In this document: positions 63,529 to 64,000 of the stretch, one piece after another
How the letters are laid out: every line of letters starts with the position of its first letter
Numbering within the stretch: the first letter of the stretch is position 1
Sequence record: MZ443771.1
Strand: one strand, 5' to 3'
Length of the DNA: 64,000 nucleotides
Made by a program: the position numbers and the translations under genes
The notes under the pieces: generated by a model
What the model saw: only the letters and a program-made list of their open reading frames with translations
What the model was told of the DNA's origin: nothing
Databases searched by the model: none

Positions 63529-64000
63529 ATGCGTATTCTCTCAGGCGACCCGGGCAAGGTTAACTTCGCGTTGTCTGTTCAAGAGTTTAAGGACAAACGC
63601 ATTACCGTGCTGGGTACGCGGATGTTTCAACATCCTATCCAGAACCTGCATTACGATATGCGCCAACCAGTCAAAGAGTTCATGAAAGAGCTTGAAGACA
63701 TTTGGAAGCGCTATGGACCGTTCGATGCAATGTGCTTTGAACGTTTTCAGTCACGCGGATTAGGCGGCAACACCATTGAAGCAATCAGTCTCATGCTAGG
63801 TGTTATCTCGCTGTTCGCGCTGAAAAAGAATTGTCCAATTGATTTGATTACGGCTAGTCAGTGGAAGAACGCGTTTAACCGCTCGATGGATCTCAAGGGG
63901 TACTACGCGCAGCACAATCTGACTTCGAAAAAGAGTCGTAAAGCAATTCACGAATTTGATGCCAGCCTTATCGGCGTCTACACCTTCTACCGTCACTCAG
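63529..64000 (+). CDS. ruvC: RuvC-like Holliday junction resolvase (partial, runs off the right edge)
   Basis: Translated by hand: MRILSGDPGKVNFA...CFERFQ...SQWK...HEFDASLIG; GGAG RBS; AGTAAATA at 63486-63493; missing from the ORF track. Confidence 0.8.
   Translation, partial: MRILSGDPGKVNFALSVQEFKDKRITVLGTRMFQHPIQNLHYDMRQPVKEFMKELEDIWKRYGPFDAMCFERFQSRGLGGNTIEAISLMLGVISLFALKKNCPIDLITASQWKNAFNRSMDLKGYYAQHNLTSKKSRKAIHEFDASLIGVYTFYRHS

Noticed and set aside
1-64000. CRISPR array, integrase, transposase, reverse transcriptase, rRNA, tRNA
   Set aside because: No regularly spaced direct repeats or diagnostic motifs seen; the repeated hairpins are dispersed terminators.
1-64000. Stop-codon reassignment
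   Set aside because: Standard-code ORFs tile the minus strand with tight coupling, and conserved enzymes are uninterrupted.

Overview
The window is 64 kb of a large lytic myovirus (jumbo-phage) genome. Genes are densely packed, use the standard genetic code and lie almost entirely on the minus strand; the exception is a RuvC-like gene on the plus strand that runs off the right edge. The gene mix resembles the 'hairy' enterobacterial jumbo myoviruses (Erwinia Y3/Yoloswag/Alexandra, Dickeya JA11/AD1 type), which is an inference and not a database result. From left to right: (1) a modular fibre and virion gene cluster and the tail sheath; (2) a DHH phosphoesterase and a J-domain protein; (3) a replication block with a DnaC-like pseudo-ATPase, SF2 helicase, beta-clamp and a UDG-fused family A polymerase; (4) a 1948-aa SNF2 protein; (5) neck/head-type genes and a histone-H1-like protein; (6) SbcD, SLOG, a Tlde1-like L,D-transpeptidase fold, an ART-like protein and a GH108 endolysin; (7) SbcC and DnaX; (8) accessory genes, a second divergent PolA-like protein and an AT-rich intergenic region. 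The three strongest unexplained signals are a shared N-terminal peptide tag (MEIxVSLS) on otherwise unrelated proteins, a roughly 340-nt hairpin-dense intergenic element behind a putative late promoter, and two promoter-like motifs that separate replication genes from virion genes. All protein calls come from motif recognition by eye; no searches were run.
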